DNA of 64,000 bases from Bacilli bacterium (GCA_017410525.1 JAFQQQ010000003.1:123434-187433), one strand, 5' to 3'; shown: positions 10,072 to 21,103, counted from the first letter of the stretch. Numbers and translations: made by a program. Notes: generated by a model not told the origin, from the letters alone.

Positions 10072-11811
10072 TTAAAAACCACTTCTTTTAAATAATTTTT
10101 CCATTTCATCTTTTGTATAACAAATGGTTGTAGGTCTACCATGTGGACAGTTAAATGGATTATTACACTTTCTTAAATCATTAATTAAGTTTTGCATTTC
10201 TTCCGTAGTAATAGCAGTATTAGCTTTAATAGACATCTTGCAAGCCATAGTAGCAGCTACATTATCATTAAACTTATCTAAATTAAAATTCTTTTCTTTA
10301 GTAATTACAAGTTCTAATATCTTCTTTATGGAATTGTCTTCATTACCTTTAGGCAACCACACCGGATGAGCTTTTACTATAACAGAATTAATACCAAACT
10401 CAGCTATATCAAAATTTAATTCTTTTAAAAATTCAAAGTTTTCTTTTAATATTATGTATTCTGAATTTGTATATTCTATAGTTAAAGGAAATAACATAGA
10501 TATATTTTCTTTCTTTTTACTATTTAGTTTGTCTTTAACTATTTCATAATTAATTCTTTCTTTAGCCGCATGTTGATCTATTATATACATACCTATTTCA
10601 TTTTGACATATTATATAAGTTCCATGTATTAAACCTATTGGATACATCATGGGCATTATATCTACAACATCTTCAGATATTTCTACTTCTTCTTCGATTA
10701 ATTCTTCATTAACTAAATATTCTTCTTCTACTTCATTAACAATTGGTGTATCAAAATCTAATTTAATTTCTTCATATATTTTATTTTCTTTTAATGTTAT
10801 GGATTTCTCTTGTATATGAGGTATTAAAGTTTGTTTCTTTAGTTTATCTTTTATTGTACTAGAAACAAGATTTAATAACTCTTCTATATTTCCAAATTTA
10901 ATATCCATTTTAGTAGGATGTATATTAACATCTACTAAAGAAGTATCTACTGTTATATTTAAAACTACTACAGGATAATAATTATCTGGTTTATATGAGT
11001 GGTAGGAATCGTTAATTGTTCTATTTAATTCACTATTTCTTACTATTCTACCATTAACTATTGTAACTATACTATTTCTATTTGTTTTATAAACTTCAGG
11101 TAAACTAATATATCCTTCTATTTTATAATCACTATTTGAATTATTTATTTCAAGCATCTTTTTAGCAATATTTATGCCAAATATATTTTTGATACATTTA
11201 AGTAAATTATTGCTTCCATCAGTTCTAAGTAATTCTTTACCATCATTACTTACTATAAATCTTATTTCAGGATGAGATAAAGCTATTTTATTCATATAAT
11301 CCAATATATTAGATAGTTCTGTATATAAACTTTTTAAGTGTTTAAGTCTAGCTGGAGTATTAAAAAATAAATCTTTAACGCTTATAATAGTACCTACTCT
11401 AGCATCACTATTTTCTACTACTATAACTTTACCGCCTTTTATATTTACATGAGTACCTACTTCTCCTTTAGAAGTATATAAATCTACATTAGTTACTGAT
11501 GCAATACTAGCTAATGCTTCACCTCTAAATCCTAAAGTGTGTATGTGGTATAAATCATCCTCATCAATTATTTTACTTGTAGCATGCCTATTAAATGCCA
11601 TTATTGCATCTTCTTTATCCATACCTATGCCATTATCAATTACTTTTATTTCTTTTATACCAGATTCTTTTAATTCTACTTTAATCTCGGTAGCTTTAGC
11701 ATCTATACTATTTTCTACTAATTCTTTTACTACAGATGAACATCTCTCAACTACTTCACCAGCGGATATTTTATTAGAAAGTATTTCATCCATTATCTTT
11801 ATTACTGCCAT
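10072..11811 (-). CDS. mutL: DNA mismatch repair protein MutL
   Basis: MAVIKIMDEILSNKISAGEVVERCSSVVKELVENSIDA GHKL ATPase N-terminus and C-terminal FNCPHGRPT motif. Start moved to the ATG at 11809-11811. Confidence 0.93.
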   Translation of the reverse strand: MAVIKIMDEILSNKISAGEVVERCSSVVKELVENSIDAKATEIKVELKESGIKEIKVIDNGIGMDKEDAIMAFNRHATSKIIDEDDLYHIHTLGFRGEALASIASVTNVDLYTSKGEVGTHVNIKGGKVIVVENSDARVGTIISVKDLFFNTPARLKHLKSLYTELSNILDYMNKIALSHPEIRFIVSNDGKELLRTDGSNNLLKCIKNIFGINIAKKMLEINNSNSDYKIEGYISLPEVYKTNRNSIVTIVNGRIVRNSELNRTINDSYHSYKPDNYYPVVVLNITVDTSLVDVNIHPTKMDIKFGNIEELLNLVSSTIKDKLKKQTLIPHIQEKSITLKENKIYEEIKLDFDTPIVNEVEEEYLVNEELIEEEVEISEDVVDIMPMMYPIGLIHGTYIICQNEIGMYIIDQHAAKERINYEIVKDKLNSKKKENISMLFPLTIEYTNSEYIILKENFEFLKELNFDIAEFGINSVIVKAHPVWLPKGNEDNSIKKILELVITKEKNFNLDKFNDNVAATMACKMSIKANTAITTEEMQNLINDLRKCNNPFNCPHGRPTTICYTKDEMEKLFKRSGF

Positions 11812-11915
11812 AAAATCACCAAATATATTATATAATAAATAAAAGTTAAATTCAATGAATTTGACAAATATTAAGTTAAGTGGTAGTATATACACAAATT
11901 TCAAGGGGGCGTTTT

Positions 11916-13046
11916 ATGAAATTTAATTTAACAGAATTAGAAAGTTTATTTTATAATATTGAAGACATTATTGATTATGTAGAAAGATCTCAAATAGAAA
12001 ACAAAAAATCAAAGATATTCTTAGCAAACGATGGAGGTATTACCTTTAATATTCCAAAAGAATCAATACCTCACCTAATTGGCATTGACACTTCATATTT
12101 AACATCAACTAATATATTTAAAAATAAAAATTCTTTTGAATTGTTAAAAGAGTTTGTAGAAAATCCATATAGAATATATACATTAGTTAATGACGGAGTG
12201 TTAAAATATGATAAAATTTTCTCACAATATGTATTACAAAAAGTAGAAAGTTTTAAAGAAAATATTAAAATCAATATATATGAAACTCAATTTGTTTGTA
12301 AATATAATTCCACTAAATCTTATCAAATTAGTAATAAATCAGAAAAATATGATTATATCATTGTAAAAAAATATTTGGATGGAAAAATTGGAGTATTAGG
12401 TATAGTAAAAAACGAATATAGTTATGTTCCTCGTAGTAATAGAATTTATCCAAACTTCGAAAGTTTTAAAAATGAAATGCAGGATATTTTAACTAATCAA
12501 GAAATAACTATAATGACAGGTGTTAATTTATATAATAAAATTGACGACTATAAGAAAGAATTTAAAATAGATTTACAAGGAAAAAAAGAAAAAGTTTCTA
12601 ATTTACTTTATTATAAAAAACTATTTAATGTCAGCATAGATGTTTCAGAGGACTATATATATAATTTAGGTATATTAGGTAATGAGAAAATAGATAGATA
12701 TAAGCGTAATGATAACATTGATGAAATCGTAGAAAGTATAATTAATAATGAATTAATAGATCCAAGCGCTATTTACGATTCAAACTTATTAAAGATAGTT
12801 AATGCTTATAATGATTGTGCTTGCAAAAATGAATACAGTAGCGATTCTACTAAAAAGAGTTATACCGAAGCTATAAAAGACTTAAACGATTTTAAGATTC
12901 TAGTAAATTCCTTAAAAGAAGAAATTACTAATTTAACAAACGAAAATGATGAATTAAAATTTAAAAATACTGAATTAGAAGAAAAAAACAAAAGTAACGA
13001 AGAGACTATTAGCGAAATAATAAAAATAATAAAACCAAGAATGTAA
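11916..13046 (+). CDS. Hypothetical protein: roughly 210 aa N-terminal globular region plus C-terminal coiled coil
   Basis: ATG at 11916 preceded by AAGGGGG. No family recognised. The C-terminal heptad-like EEITNLTNENDELKFKNTELEEKNK suggests a coiled coil. Confidence 0.6.
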   Translation: MKFNLTELESLFYNIEDIIDYVERSQIENKKSKIFLANDGGITFNIPKESIPHLIGIDTSYLTSTNIFKNKNSFELLKEFVENPYRIYTLVNDGVLKYDKIFSQYVLQKVESFKENIKINIYETQFVCKYNSTKSYQISNKSEKYDYIIVKKYLDGKIGVLGIVKNEYSYVPRSNRIYPNFESFKNEMQDILTNQEITIMTGVNLYNKIDDYKKEFKIDLQGKKEKVSNLLYYKKLFNVSIDVSEDYIYNLGILGNEKIDRYKRNDNIDEIVESIINNELIDPSAIYDSNLLKIVNAYNDCACKNEYSSDSTKKSYTEAIKDLNDFKILVNSLKEEITNLTNENDELKFKNTELEEKNKSNEETISEIIKIIKPRM

Positions 13047-13060
13047 AAATTCTTGGTTTT
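13031..13060. terminator. Bidirectional terminator between convergent genes
   Basis: Perfect 12-bp stem aaaaccaagaat / attcttggtttt. The loop holds the stop of the + gene and the right arm touches the sufS stop. Confidence 0.7.
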
Positions 13061-14267
13061 ATATTATTTCATTTATTATATTAGTTTTACTTAATACCTC
13101 AACAAGTTTATCTATTTCTTCCTTAGTATTATAGAAATATAAGCTCATTCTACAAGTATTTTTTATACCTAAATCGTCTTTTAAAATTTTAGCACAATGA
13201 TTACCTGCTCTAACACATATATTATATTTATTTAAATATATAGCAAGATCTTGAGCAAATATACCTTCCATATTAAATGTAATTATACTACTTTCAGCGC
13301 TTTCATTATAAATTATTATATCTTTTATATTTTTTAATTTTTCTAAAGCATATTGTTTCAATTCTTTTTCTTTTTGTTCTATATTTTTAATACCTATTTT
13401 ATTTAAATAATTTATAACACTTCCAAAAGCAATAACATCAGCTATATTAGGAGTTCCTGCCTCAAGAATATATGGCATTTTTTTATATTCTCTTTCTCCA
13501 TTAAATTCGAAAGAAGTATTCATTCCGCCACCGTATATAATAGGTTTAATATCATTTAATAATTCTTCTTTAACATATATTATCCCTACACCTGTAGGTC
13601 CACACATTTTATGGGCAGAAAAAGCTAAGAAATCCATGTTCAATTCATTAACATCTATTTTCATATGCGGAACTGATTGAGCACCATCTATCACTACTTT
13701 TATATCTAATTTATGAGCATAATCTATTATTTCTTTAATAGGCCTAATATCTCCTACTACATTTGTTATATGAGCAATGCTTATAACTTTAGTATTATGA
13801 GTTATTGCTTTTTTTACATTATCTATAGTAACTTTATGATTACTATCTATATCAATGTAATTGACTTTAATCCCTATTTGTTGGGAAAGTTCAAACCATG
13901 GAAGTATATTTGAAGCATGTTCTGCTTTAGTAAGTAATACTTCATCTCCACTTTTTAAATTGTGTTTAAAATAGCCAAATACTATTTTATTTAAAGAATC
14001 AGTAGAGTTTTGTGTAAAAGCAATTTGATTAGTACTTTTAGCATTTATAAAATCACTAACTAACTCTCTGGTATTTTCATACATAGCATCTACTTTTAAA
14101 CTAATATCATAATCTCCTCTATGTGCATTAGCACTATAATTATTATAATAATCAGTTAAACTATCACTTAAAATATATGGTTTTAAAGTTGTAGCGCCAT
14201 TATCGAAATAAATTATATCACTTTTTAATATAGGAAAATCTTCTCTATTCAAGAGTTTCACCTCCAA
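13059..14267 (-). CDS. sufS: Cysteine desulfurase (class V aminotransferase), SufS-like
   Basis: 402 aa. YFDNGATTLKP, SANAHRG, SAHKMCGPTGVG (PLP Lys) and RAGNHCA active-site Cys loop. Last gene of the suf cluster. Confidence 0.88.
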   Translation of the reverse strand: MEVKLLNREDFPILKSDIIYFDNGATTLKPYILSDSLTDYYNNYSANAHRGDYDISLKVDAMYENTRELVSDFINAKSTNQIAFTQNSTDSLNKIVFGYFKHNLKSGDEVLLTKAEHASNILPWFELSQQIGIKVNYIDIDSNHKVTIDNVKKAITHNTKVISIAHITNVVGDIRPIKEIIDYAHKLDIKVVIDGAQSVPHMKIDVNELNMDFLAFSAHKMCGPTGVGIIYVKEELLNDIKPIIYGGGMNTSFEFNGEREYKKMPYILEAGTPNIADVIAFGSVINYLNKIGIKNIEQKEKELKQYALEKLKNIKDIIIYNESAESSIITFNMEGIFAQDLAIYLNKYNICVRAGNHCAKILKDDLGIKNTCRMSLYFYNTKEEIDKLVEVLSKTNIINEII

Positions 14268-15058
14268 TACTTTTCTATATTTTTATTTATCTCCTTTAAT
14301 ATTTTTTTATTATTAATATCACTTGTTAAAAATCCATTTATCAATAATTTAAGAGCGGTATTGTAATCAATACCTCTACTTTGTAAATAAAACATCTCTT
14401 CATCACTAAACTTACCTATTAGAGCACTGTGAGACGCTTCAACATCGTTACAGTCTATATATAAGTTTGGCATAATCTCACTTTTATTATTTGTTAGATT
14501 AATTATTCTGTTACTTTGATTAACTACACATCCAGTAATATCTTCTGGTACAAAAGATGATACCTGATAAATAATTAAACCATCTTTAACACATACACCG
14601 TTGTTTTTTATATTACTAACTGTATTTTTAGCATAATGGAACACATGATAATCATATGTTTCTTTTTTATTACTTATAGTTTTAAAATTATAATCTATTC
14701 TAGCATTCTCGCCATTTAGTCTAGCTATTACCATTTCTTTTATACTCTTTATATTTTGAAATTTAAATATGTTTATATTAGAATTTTTTTCTAAATTATA
14801 TTTATATTGTACTTTACCAGTATCACCTTTAGTAATTATGTTTAAATCTAAATTTACATTTTCTAAAACACTTATACTAAAATTTAATTTAGTATCTTCT
14901 TTTAATTTAATTTCTATATCTAAGAGAGAATCTTTTGTTACTACTATTTTTACTTCATTTATACCAAATATACATTCTTTTCTGTAATATTCTATATGTA
15001 TATTTTTAGATACATTAGCTAGTTCTAATATATCTCCAACTACTTTTATTTTATTCAT
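14258..15058 (-). CDS. Short SufB/SufD-family Fe-S assembly protein
   Basis: 266 aa. The C-terminus EASHSALIGKFSDEEMFYLQSRGIDYNTALKLLINGFL is characteristic of the SufB/SufD family. Overlaps both sufC and sufS. Confidence 0.8.
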   Translation of the reverse strand: MNKIKVVGDILELANVSKNIHIEYYRKECIFGINEVKIVVTKDSLLDIEIKLKEDTKLNFSISVLENVNLDLNIITKGDTGKVQYKYNLEKNSNINIFKFQNIKSIKEMVIARLNGENARIDYNFKTISNKKETYDYHVFHYAKNTVSNIKNNGVCVKDGLIIYQVSSFVPEDITGCVVNQSNRIINLTNNKSEIMPNLYIDCNDVEASHSALIGKFSDEEMFYLQSRGIDYNTALKLLINGFLTSDINNKKILKEINKNIEKYWR

Positions 15059-15842
15059 TTTTAAATTTTTCCTTTATAGCACATACACCAATAGAAGTAA
15101 CTTTTTTTGTATTTATATTTTGAAATCCTTTTTCTTCAATTTCTTTAACTAATGAATAATCGCCAGTTTTAATTATTTTACCTTTACTAATTATATGTAC
15201 ATGTGTAGGTTTAACATAATCAAGTAATCTTTGATAGTGAGTTATTAAAAGCATTCCTGGATTATATTTTTTATAGTAATTCATAATAGATTCACCTACT
15301 ATTTTTAAGCTATCAACATCTAATCCTGAGTCTATTTCATCAAGCATTACTAAGCTAGGCTTCAACATATACATTTGAAGTATCTCATTTTTCTTTCTTT
15401 CTCCACCACTAAATCCTTGATTTATACCACGGTGAATCATATCACTTTTCATATCTAACATTTCAACAGAATTATCTAATTCTTTAATAAAGTCAAATAA
15501 TTTAAAGTTTTCTTTTTGTCTGATACTTAGCGCACTACGGAGAAAATCTGCATTAGTAACTCCTTCTATTTCCATAGGTAGTTGCATACCCAAAAATATA
15601 CCTAATCTACTTCTTTCATCAATACTCATTTTATTTATTAAAGTATCATTATAATAAATATTACCTTCTTCTATAGTATAATTAGGATCTCCCATAATAA
15701 CTTTAGTTAAAGTGCTTTTACCAATACCATTAACACCCATTAATACATGGATTTCTCCTTTATTTATGGTTAAATTAAAATCTTTTAATATAGTTTTATT
15801 ATCTACTGTTACTGTTAAATTTTCAATTAATAATTTGCTCAT
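15051..15842 (-). CDS. sufC: Fe-S cluster assembly ATPase SufC
   Basis: GVNGIGKST Walker A, FSGGERKKNEILQ ABC signature and LDEIDSGLD Walker B. Start placed at the ATG at 15840-15842, 9 nt after AAGGAG. Confidence 0.92.
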   Translation of the reverse strand: MSKLLIENLTVTVDNKTILKDFNLTINKGEIHVLMGVNGIGKSTLTKVIMGDPNYTIEEGNIYYNDTLINKMSIDERSRLGIFLGMQLPMEIEGVTNADFLRSALSIRQKENFKLFDFIKELDNSVEMLDMKSDMIHRGINQGFSGGERKKNEILQMYMLKPSLVMLDEIDSGLDVDSLKIVGESIMNYYKKYNPGMLLITHYQRLLDYVKPTHVHIISKGKIIKTGDYSLVKEIEEKGFQNINTKKVTSIGVCAIKEKFKNE

Positions 15843-15924
15843 AAACTTCATCTCCTTAAATATTATACTAAATAAAAATTAAAAAAGGAACAATTAATAA
15901 TTTTATTTGTTTAAAAAAAGAAAA

Positions 15925-15948
15925 AATATTCATAATTTCATGAATATT
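15925..15948. promoter_or_regulatory. Perfect 9-bp inverted repeat upstream of the suf operon (candidate operator)
   Basis: aatattcat-N6-atgaatatt lies between the upstream terminator and the TATAAT/AAGGAG of sufC. Confidence 0.3.
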
Positions 15949-15963
15949 CGCAGTATTCACACA

Positions 15964-15985
15964 AAAAAGAGCTTAAGCTCTTTTT
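15964..15985 (-). terminator. Terminator hairpin after the 309 aa hypothetical gene
   Basis: aaaaagagc ttaa gctcttttt palindrome overlapping the stop codon. Confidence 0.6.
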
Positions 15986-16902
15986 CTTTTTTGTATATGA
16001 TATTCATCTTCATATTTAGGGGGCCTAAGTTCTCTGATAAGTTCACAAAATTTAATTTCTTCCCATATTCTATCTGTTGTTTCTTTATCACCATAAAATT
16101 TTAACAACGTCTCATACTTTACGTCATATAAACATTCTATTGGAAACAAAGGTATAATGTCATTTTTATAATTTGCTTCATCATTAACTATACCCCATTC
16201 CCATCCATTTAAATATTCTTTATATTCTTCATCATTATACCAAAAATCCATTACTAATTTTTGTTTTTCTTCTCTAGTCCAATTAGGATTTCTTAGGATG
16301 TGGTAACGAATATCAAAATCTCCTGTACCATGAGCTTGTCTTCTATCCATACTATCAAATATGTAACTCATATATATAGAAGCCGTTCTTTTTCCAATCG
16401 GGTTTATACTTCCATCAATATCTAGATGTGTTTGATTATTATCAGTTACACCCATATCATCTAATTTCTTAAAATATTTTTGCTTATATTCTAAATAACG
16501 AGTAGTTCCTATTTTATTCATAGCTTCATTTGCGGCAAAATCTTTTTGAGATTGTGTTAATACAACACCATGATTAAATAAAGACATTAAAAGATAAGAA
16601 AAACCACCGTTAGAAGCACCACACATAACGATTCTAGCTACATCTTCATTTGAATATACAGTTTCTATTAAAGAATCGTATGCTTCCTTATCTATTTCTT
16701 TATAATCTGATAGCATTATATCGCATATAGTTAACCCTTTAACTATATCCCTTTCATTAAATTTATCTCTTACTACTTTTACAGCTTCTCTCAAAATTCC
16801 TTTATCATTTTTTATTCTATTCCAAATTTCTTCAGCATTACCTCTTTTTGGTTTACCATAAATAGAAGTATATAATTCGTTGTCTATTTTTTCTATATCC
16901 AT
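15973..16902 (-). CDS. Hypothetical protein (309 aa, soluble)
   Basis: Start moved to the ATG at 16900-16902 (GGAGGG RBS). No recognisable family motif. Confidence 0.6.
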   Translation of the reverse strand: MDIEKIDNELYTSIYGKPKRGNAEEIWNRIKNDKGILREAVKVVRDKFNERDIVKGLTICDIMLSDYKEIDKEAYDSLIETVYSNEDVARIVMCGASNGGFSYLLMSLFNHGVVLTQSQKDFAANEAMNKIGTTRYLEYKQKYFKKLDDMGVTDNNQTHLDIDGSINPIGKRTASIYMSYIFDSMDRRQAHGTGDFDIRYHILRNPNWTREEKQKLVMDFWYNDEEYKEYLNGWEWGIVNDEANYKNDIIPLFPIECLYDVKYETLLKFYGDKETTDRIWEEIKFCELIRELRPPKYEDEYHIQKRKRA

Positions 16903-16975
16903 AAATGCCCTCCTGTATCTAATTATTATATTATAAAATCCTATCAAAAGTAAATAATATTTTTAAAATTGTTAT

Positions 16976-17003
16976 TTGACAGAGATTATAATATTTGTAT
17001 AAT
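16976..17003 (+). promoter_or_regulatory. Sigma-A type promoter for the HIT gene
   Basis: TTGACA (16976-16981), 16-nt spacer, then TGTATAAT extended -10 (16998-17003). Confidence 0.55.
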
Positions 17004-17060
17004 ATTTTTAATAGTGACAATACTATAATTATTTGATACAATAAGTTAGGAGATGATAAT

Positions 17061-17459
17061 ATGAGTTGTATATTTTGTAAAATAGCTAATAAAGAAATAC
17101 CAAGTTTTAAAGTTTATGAAGATGATATAGTTTATGCTTTTTTAGATGCTAATCCAGATAGTGATGGACACACACTAATAATACCTAAAAAACACTTTAT
17201 TGATTTAGATGATATAGATTTAGAAACTTTAAATCATATAAATAAAGTTTCTAAAGAAATTAAAAAATTATTAGAAAAAAAATTAGGTTGTGTAGGAATA
17301 TCTTTACTTCAAAATAATGGAAGTGCTCAAGAGGTTAAACATTACCATTTACACTTAAAACCTTATTATGAAGGCATTAAAACTATGGAATTAATAAAGT
17401 ATCCAGAAAATATAAAAGAACCAAAAGAAATATTTGAAGAATTAAAAAACGAGGATTAA
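17061..17459 (+). CDS. HIT family (histidine triad) protein
   Basis: CIFCKI zinc-motif start and the HYHLHLKP histidine triad. Confidence 0.9.
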   Translation: MSCIFCKIANKEIPSFKVYEDDIVYAFLDANPDSDGHTLIIPKKHFIDLDDIDLETLNHINKVSKEIKKLLEKKLGCVGISLLQNNGSAQEVKHYHLHLKPYYEGIKTMELIKYPENIKEPKEIFEELKNED

Positions 17460-17465
17460 CTCGTT

Positions 17466-18461
17466 TTATTTTATTATATAATGAGGTTCAATTAATTTAA
17501 TTAATCTCTTACCTACTTTTTCTATATTATCATCAGTTAATTTAGCAGCAGCTGAATATTTATTTCCGCCACCATCAAATTCTTTCATAATTTCTCCTAC
17601 ATTTACTTTTTCTTTAGATCTAGCACTTATAGATATCACATTCCCATCTACATTACCGATTGCAAATGCAGCATCTACTCCATATTTTAATAATTGATCC
17701 GAAACTTTAGCAAGCTCTTCTCTAGTATATTCGAGATTTTCATCAGCCATTACTATAGCATAACTGTATTTAAATATTATCGCTTTACTAACTAATTCAA
17801 ATACTCTTTTATCACTCTCAAAATCTTCAGCAAACCAATTATCAATAACAGAATTACTAGCACCATTTTCCATTAGTCTAGCAACTATTTTAAAAGTATC
17901 TGGACTAGTATTTTTTGTTAGTCTGTTAGTATCTAAATATATTCCAGCAAGCAAATAATTAGCAACTTCACTTGAATATTTAATTTTAAAAACATTTAGC
18001 AATTTTACAATTATTTCTGTAGCACTAGATGCATTAGTATTTATAAAATCATAATTTGTATCAATAGTTTGTGTTCCTTTATCATGGTGATCTATAATAA
18101 ATCTATTTTCCAAATCTATTTCATTTAAGTTTTCATTTATACAAACTAAATTACTTTTATTAACGTCTGTAAATACAACTAAATCTTTTTTATCTTTCAT
18201 CTTAAGATATTTTTCTCTATTTACTATATTAAAATGTTTTCTAGCATCATCTATAACACTTTTAACACTACTATCTAAATTATAAATAGGATCATCTATT
18301 AAGATCATAGATTGTTTTTCTAATTTTTCTACTATCAATGATATTCCTATAGCAGAAGCAAATGCATCAAAATCTACTCTGTTATGAGGAACTATTACTA
18401 CGTTTTTAGAAGATAATATTTTACTTTCTAAATTAACTTTTAAATCTTTTATTGTTTCCAT
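17466..18461 (-). CDS. DHH/DHHA1 family phosphoesterase (NrnA-like)
   Basis: HNRVDFDAFASAIG, IIDHHD and a GGGNKYSAAAK DHHA1-like motif. The second ATG was chosen for its AAGGAG spacing. Confidence 0.8.
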   Translation of the reverse strand: METIKDLKVNLESKILSSKNVVIVPHNRVDFDAFASAIGISLIVEKLEKQSMILIDDPIYNLDSSVKSVIDDARKHFNIVNREKYLKMKDKKDLVVFTDVNKSNLVCINENLNEIDLENRFIIDHHDKGTQTIDTNYDFINTNASSATEIIVKLLNVFKIKYSSEVANYLLAGIYLDTNRLTKNTSPDTFKIVARLMENGASNSVIDNWFAEDFESDKRVFELVSKAIIFKYSYAIVMADENLEYTREELAKVSDQLLKYGVDAAFAIGNVDGNVISISARSKEKVNVGEIMKEFDGGGNKYSAAAKLTDDNIEKVGKRLIKLIEPHYIIK

Positions 18462-18523
18462 ATGCATCTCCTTTTGAAATTATATACAAAGATTTTATAA
18501 AAGTCAAATTGATAAAAAAACAA

Positions 18524-20653
18524 CTATTTAATAGCTGCTTTTCTTGAAAAATTAAGTCTTCCGCGTTTATCATATCCCATGCATTTTACTATAATTTCGT
18601 CGCCTTCTTTAACTATATCAGTTACTTTTTCTACTCTTTCAGTATTTAATTCAGATATATGAACCATACCTTCACATCCAGGCCAAATTTCCACAAAACA
18701 TCCTGCATCAATTATTTTAACAACTTTACCATTGTAGATTTTTCCTTCTTCTGGAGTTCTTACTATATCTTTAATCATATTAGCAGTTTTTTCTATTATT
18801 TCTTTTGATGTGTGGTAAATAACTACTCTACCATCATCTTCTAAATCAACTTTAACTGCATTTATATCATTAACAGCTGTAACATTACTTGCTTCCAATA
18901 TAATTCTAGTAATAGTTTCTCCACCTTTACCAATAACTTCTTTGATTTTTAATGGATCAATCATGAATGTTACTGTTTTTGGAGCATACTTACTAACTTC
19001 TTTTCTTGGTTCTGGTATTTGCGTTTCTATCTTATCAAGTATTTCCATACGAGCAACTTTTGCTTGCGCTAAAGCTTCTTTTAAAATATCTTTAGTAATG
19101 CCTTTAATTTTTATATCCATTTGTAAAGCACATATACCATCACGTGTTCCTGCAACTTTAAAGTCCATATCTCCTAAGTGATCTTCCATACCTTGAATAT
19201 CTGTTAAAATTGTATAATCATCACCATAAGTAATTAATCCCATAGCAATACCAGCAACAGGTGCTTTTATAGGTACACCAGCAGCCATTAAACTCATACA
19301 TCCTGCACATATACTTGCTTGAGATGATGAACCATTAGATTCAAGTATTTCAGATACAACTCTTATTGTGTATGGGAATTCATCTTCAGAAGGAATTACT
19401 TGAGCAAGTGCCCTTTCTCCTAAAGCACCATGTCCAATTTCTCTTCTTCCTGGAGCACCATATCTACCAGTTTCTCCAACTGAGAATTGTGGGAAATTGT
19501 AGTGTAACATAAATCTTTTTTCAGTTTCTAAATCAAGTCCATCAAGTATTTGATGCTCTCCTAAAGCCCCTAAAGTAGTTACACTTAAACTTTGAGTTTC
19601 ACCACGCGTGAATAATGCTGAACCATGGGTTCTTGGAAGTAAATCAATATCAGTTGAAATTGGTCTAATTTCAGTCATTGCTCTTCCATCTGCTCTTTGT
19701 TTTTCTTTAACAACTATAGTCCTAAATATTTCATATTCAATTTCGCCAAATACAAGTTTTACAGATGTTAATAATTTTTTTAATTCTTCATCATCTAAAT
19801 GACTATTTTCTTCTTCATATTTAGCAACTACTTCTTCTTTTAAAGCATCAATTGCATTATATTTAGTTAATTTATCTTTAATACGTAGCGCTTCATCTAA
19901 CTTTTTAGCACAGTATTCAGTAACACCTTTTCTAACTTCATCAGATATTTCTAATACTTCATATTCCATTTTTTCTTGACCTACTTCAGCCATTATTTCT
20001 TTTTGGAATGCACAAAGTTCTTTGATAGCTTCATGACCAAACATTAATGCTTCTAACATATCATCTTCTGATACTTCTTTACTTCCTGCTTCAACCATGT
20101 TAATAGCATCTACAGTTCCGGCAACAGTTAATTCTATATCAGAAAGTTCAGCTTGTTCAACAGTTGGGTTAATAACAAATTCACCGTTAACTCTTCCTAC
20201 TTTAACTCCAGCAATTGGGCCATCAAAAGGTATTTTTGAAATACTTGTAGCAAGTGATGAACCAAACATAGCAGCCATTTCTGGTGAGTTATCTGGATCA
20301 ACCGATAAAATAGTATTTACTATTTGTACTTCATTTTTAAAATCTTCAGGAAACATAGGTCTCATAGGTCTATCTATCATACGTGCAGCAAGTGTAGCAG
20401 CATCTGTAGGTCTAGATTCCCTTTTTATAAATCCACCAGGTATTTTACCTACTGAATATAATTTTTCTTGGTATAAAACCATTAATGGAAAAAAATCACT
20501 TAATACATTTGCAGTTTTACTTACTACTACAGTTGATAATACTACTGTATCTCCGTATCTAACTACAACAGCACCGCTAGCTTGTTTTGCAAGTTCTCCT
20601 GTTTCTACTACTAATTTTCTTCCTCTGAAATCTAATTCGAATGTTTTTTTCAT
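18524..20653 (-). CDS. pnp: Polyribonucleotide nucleotidyltransferase (PNPase)
   Basis: 709 aa with two RNase PH domains plus KH and S1 C-terminal domains. Lies downstream of rpsO. Confidence 0.96.
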   Translation of the reverse strand: MKKTFELDFRGRKLVVETGELAKQASGAVVVRYGDTVVLSTVVVSKTANVLSDFFPLMVLYQEKLYSVGKIPGGFIKRESRPTDAATLAARMIDRPMRPMFPEDFKNEVQIVNTILSVDPDNSPEMAAMFGSSLATSISKIPFDGPIAGVKVGRVNGEFVINPTVEQAELSDIELTVAGTVDAINMVEAGSKEVSEDDMLEALMFGHEAIKELCAFQKEIMAEVGQEKMEYEVLEISDEVRKGVTEYCAKKLDEALRIKDKLTKYNAIDALKEEVVAKYEEENSHLDDEELKKLLTSVKLVFGEIEYEIFRTIVVKEKQRADGRAMTEIRPISTDIDLLPRTHGSALFTRGETQSLSVTTLGALGEHQILDGLDLETEKRFMLHYNFPQFSVGETGRYGAPGRREIGHGALGERALAQVIPSEDEFPYTIRVVSEILESNGSSSQASICAGCMSLMAAGVPIKAPVAGIAMGLITYGDDYTILTDIQGMEDHLGDMDFKVAGTRDGICALQMDIKIKGITKDILKEALAQAKVARMEILDKIETQIPEPRKEVSKYAPKTVTFMIDPLKIKEVIGKGGETITRIILEASNVTAVNDINAVKVDLEDDGRVVIYHTSKEIIEKTANMIKDIVRTPEEGKIYNGKVVKIIDAGCFVEIWPGCEGMVHISELNTERVEKVTDIVKEGDEIIVKCMGYDKRGRLNFSRKAAIK

Positions 20654-20720
20654 ATTTTACTCCTCTCTTAATTCAAATTAAAGACACTCAAAAAAGAGTG
20701 TCTACGATTTATTAATTTTT

Positions 20721-20990
20721 TTATTTTCTTAATCCTAATTCTTTAACTACTTTACGATATCTAGTAACATCATTTTTAATTAAATAATTAAGTAAGCTTT
20801 TTCTTTGACCAACTTTATGAAGTAATCCTCTTTTAGAATGATTATCATGTTTGTGTTCTTTAAAATGAGCAGTCAAAGTATTAATTTCTTCAGTTAAAAT
20901 AGCAATTTGTACTTCTATAGATCCTGTATCATTTTGGTCTTTTCCAAATTTCTTAACTAACTCTGCTTTTCTTTCTTTTGTTAAAGCCAT
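20721..20990 (-). CDS. rpsO: 30S ribosomal protein S15
   Basis: 89 aa. [29 protein letters not shown] is typical of S15. Confidence 0.96.
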   Translation of the reverse strand: MALTKERKAELVKKFGKDQNDTGSIEVQIAILTEEINTLTAHFKEHKHDNHSKRGLLHKVGQRKSLLNYLIKNDVTRYRKVVKELGLRK

Positions 20991-21103
20991 ATTTATTCTC
21001 CTCTCTTTATTATTTGCTCATAACCTAGTGAAAAATTGGAGTTTTTCCTCACCAAGAAATAAGTACATTAATAATATACACTATTTTTTCGGTTTATGCA
21101 ATA

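Noticed and set aside
15946-15960. Exact 15-mer attcgcagtattcac shared with 275-289 (inside sigG).
   Set aside because: This is a single short match with no extended similarity on either side. It is compatible with chance in a 64 kb window compared on both strands.
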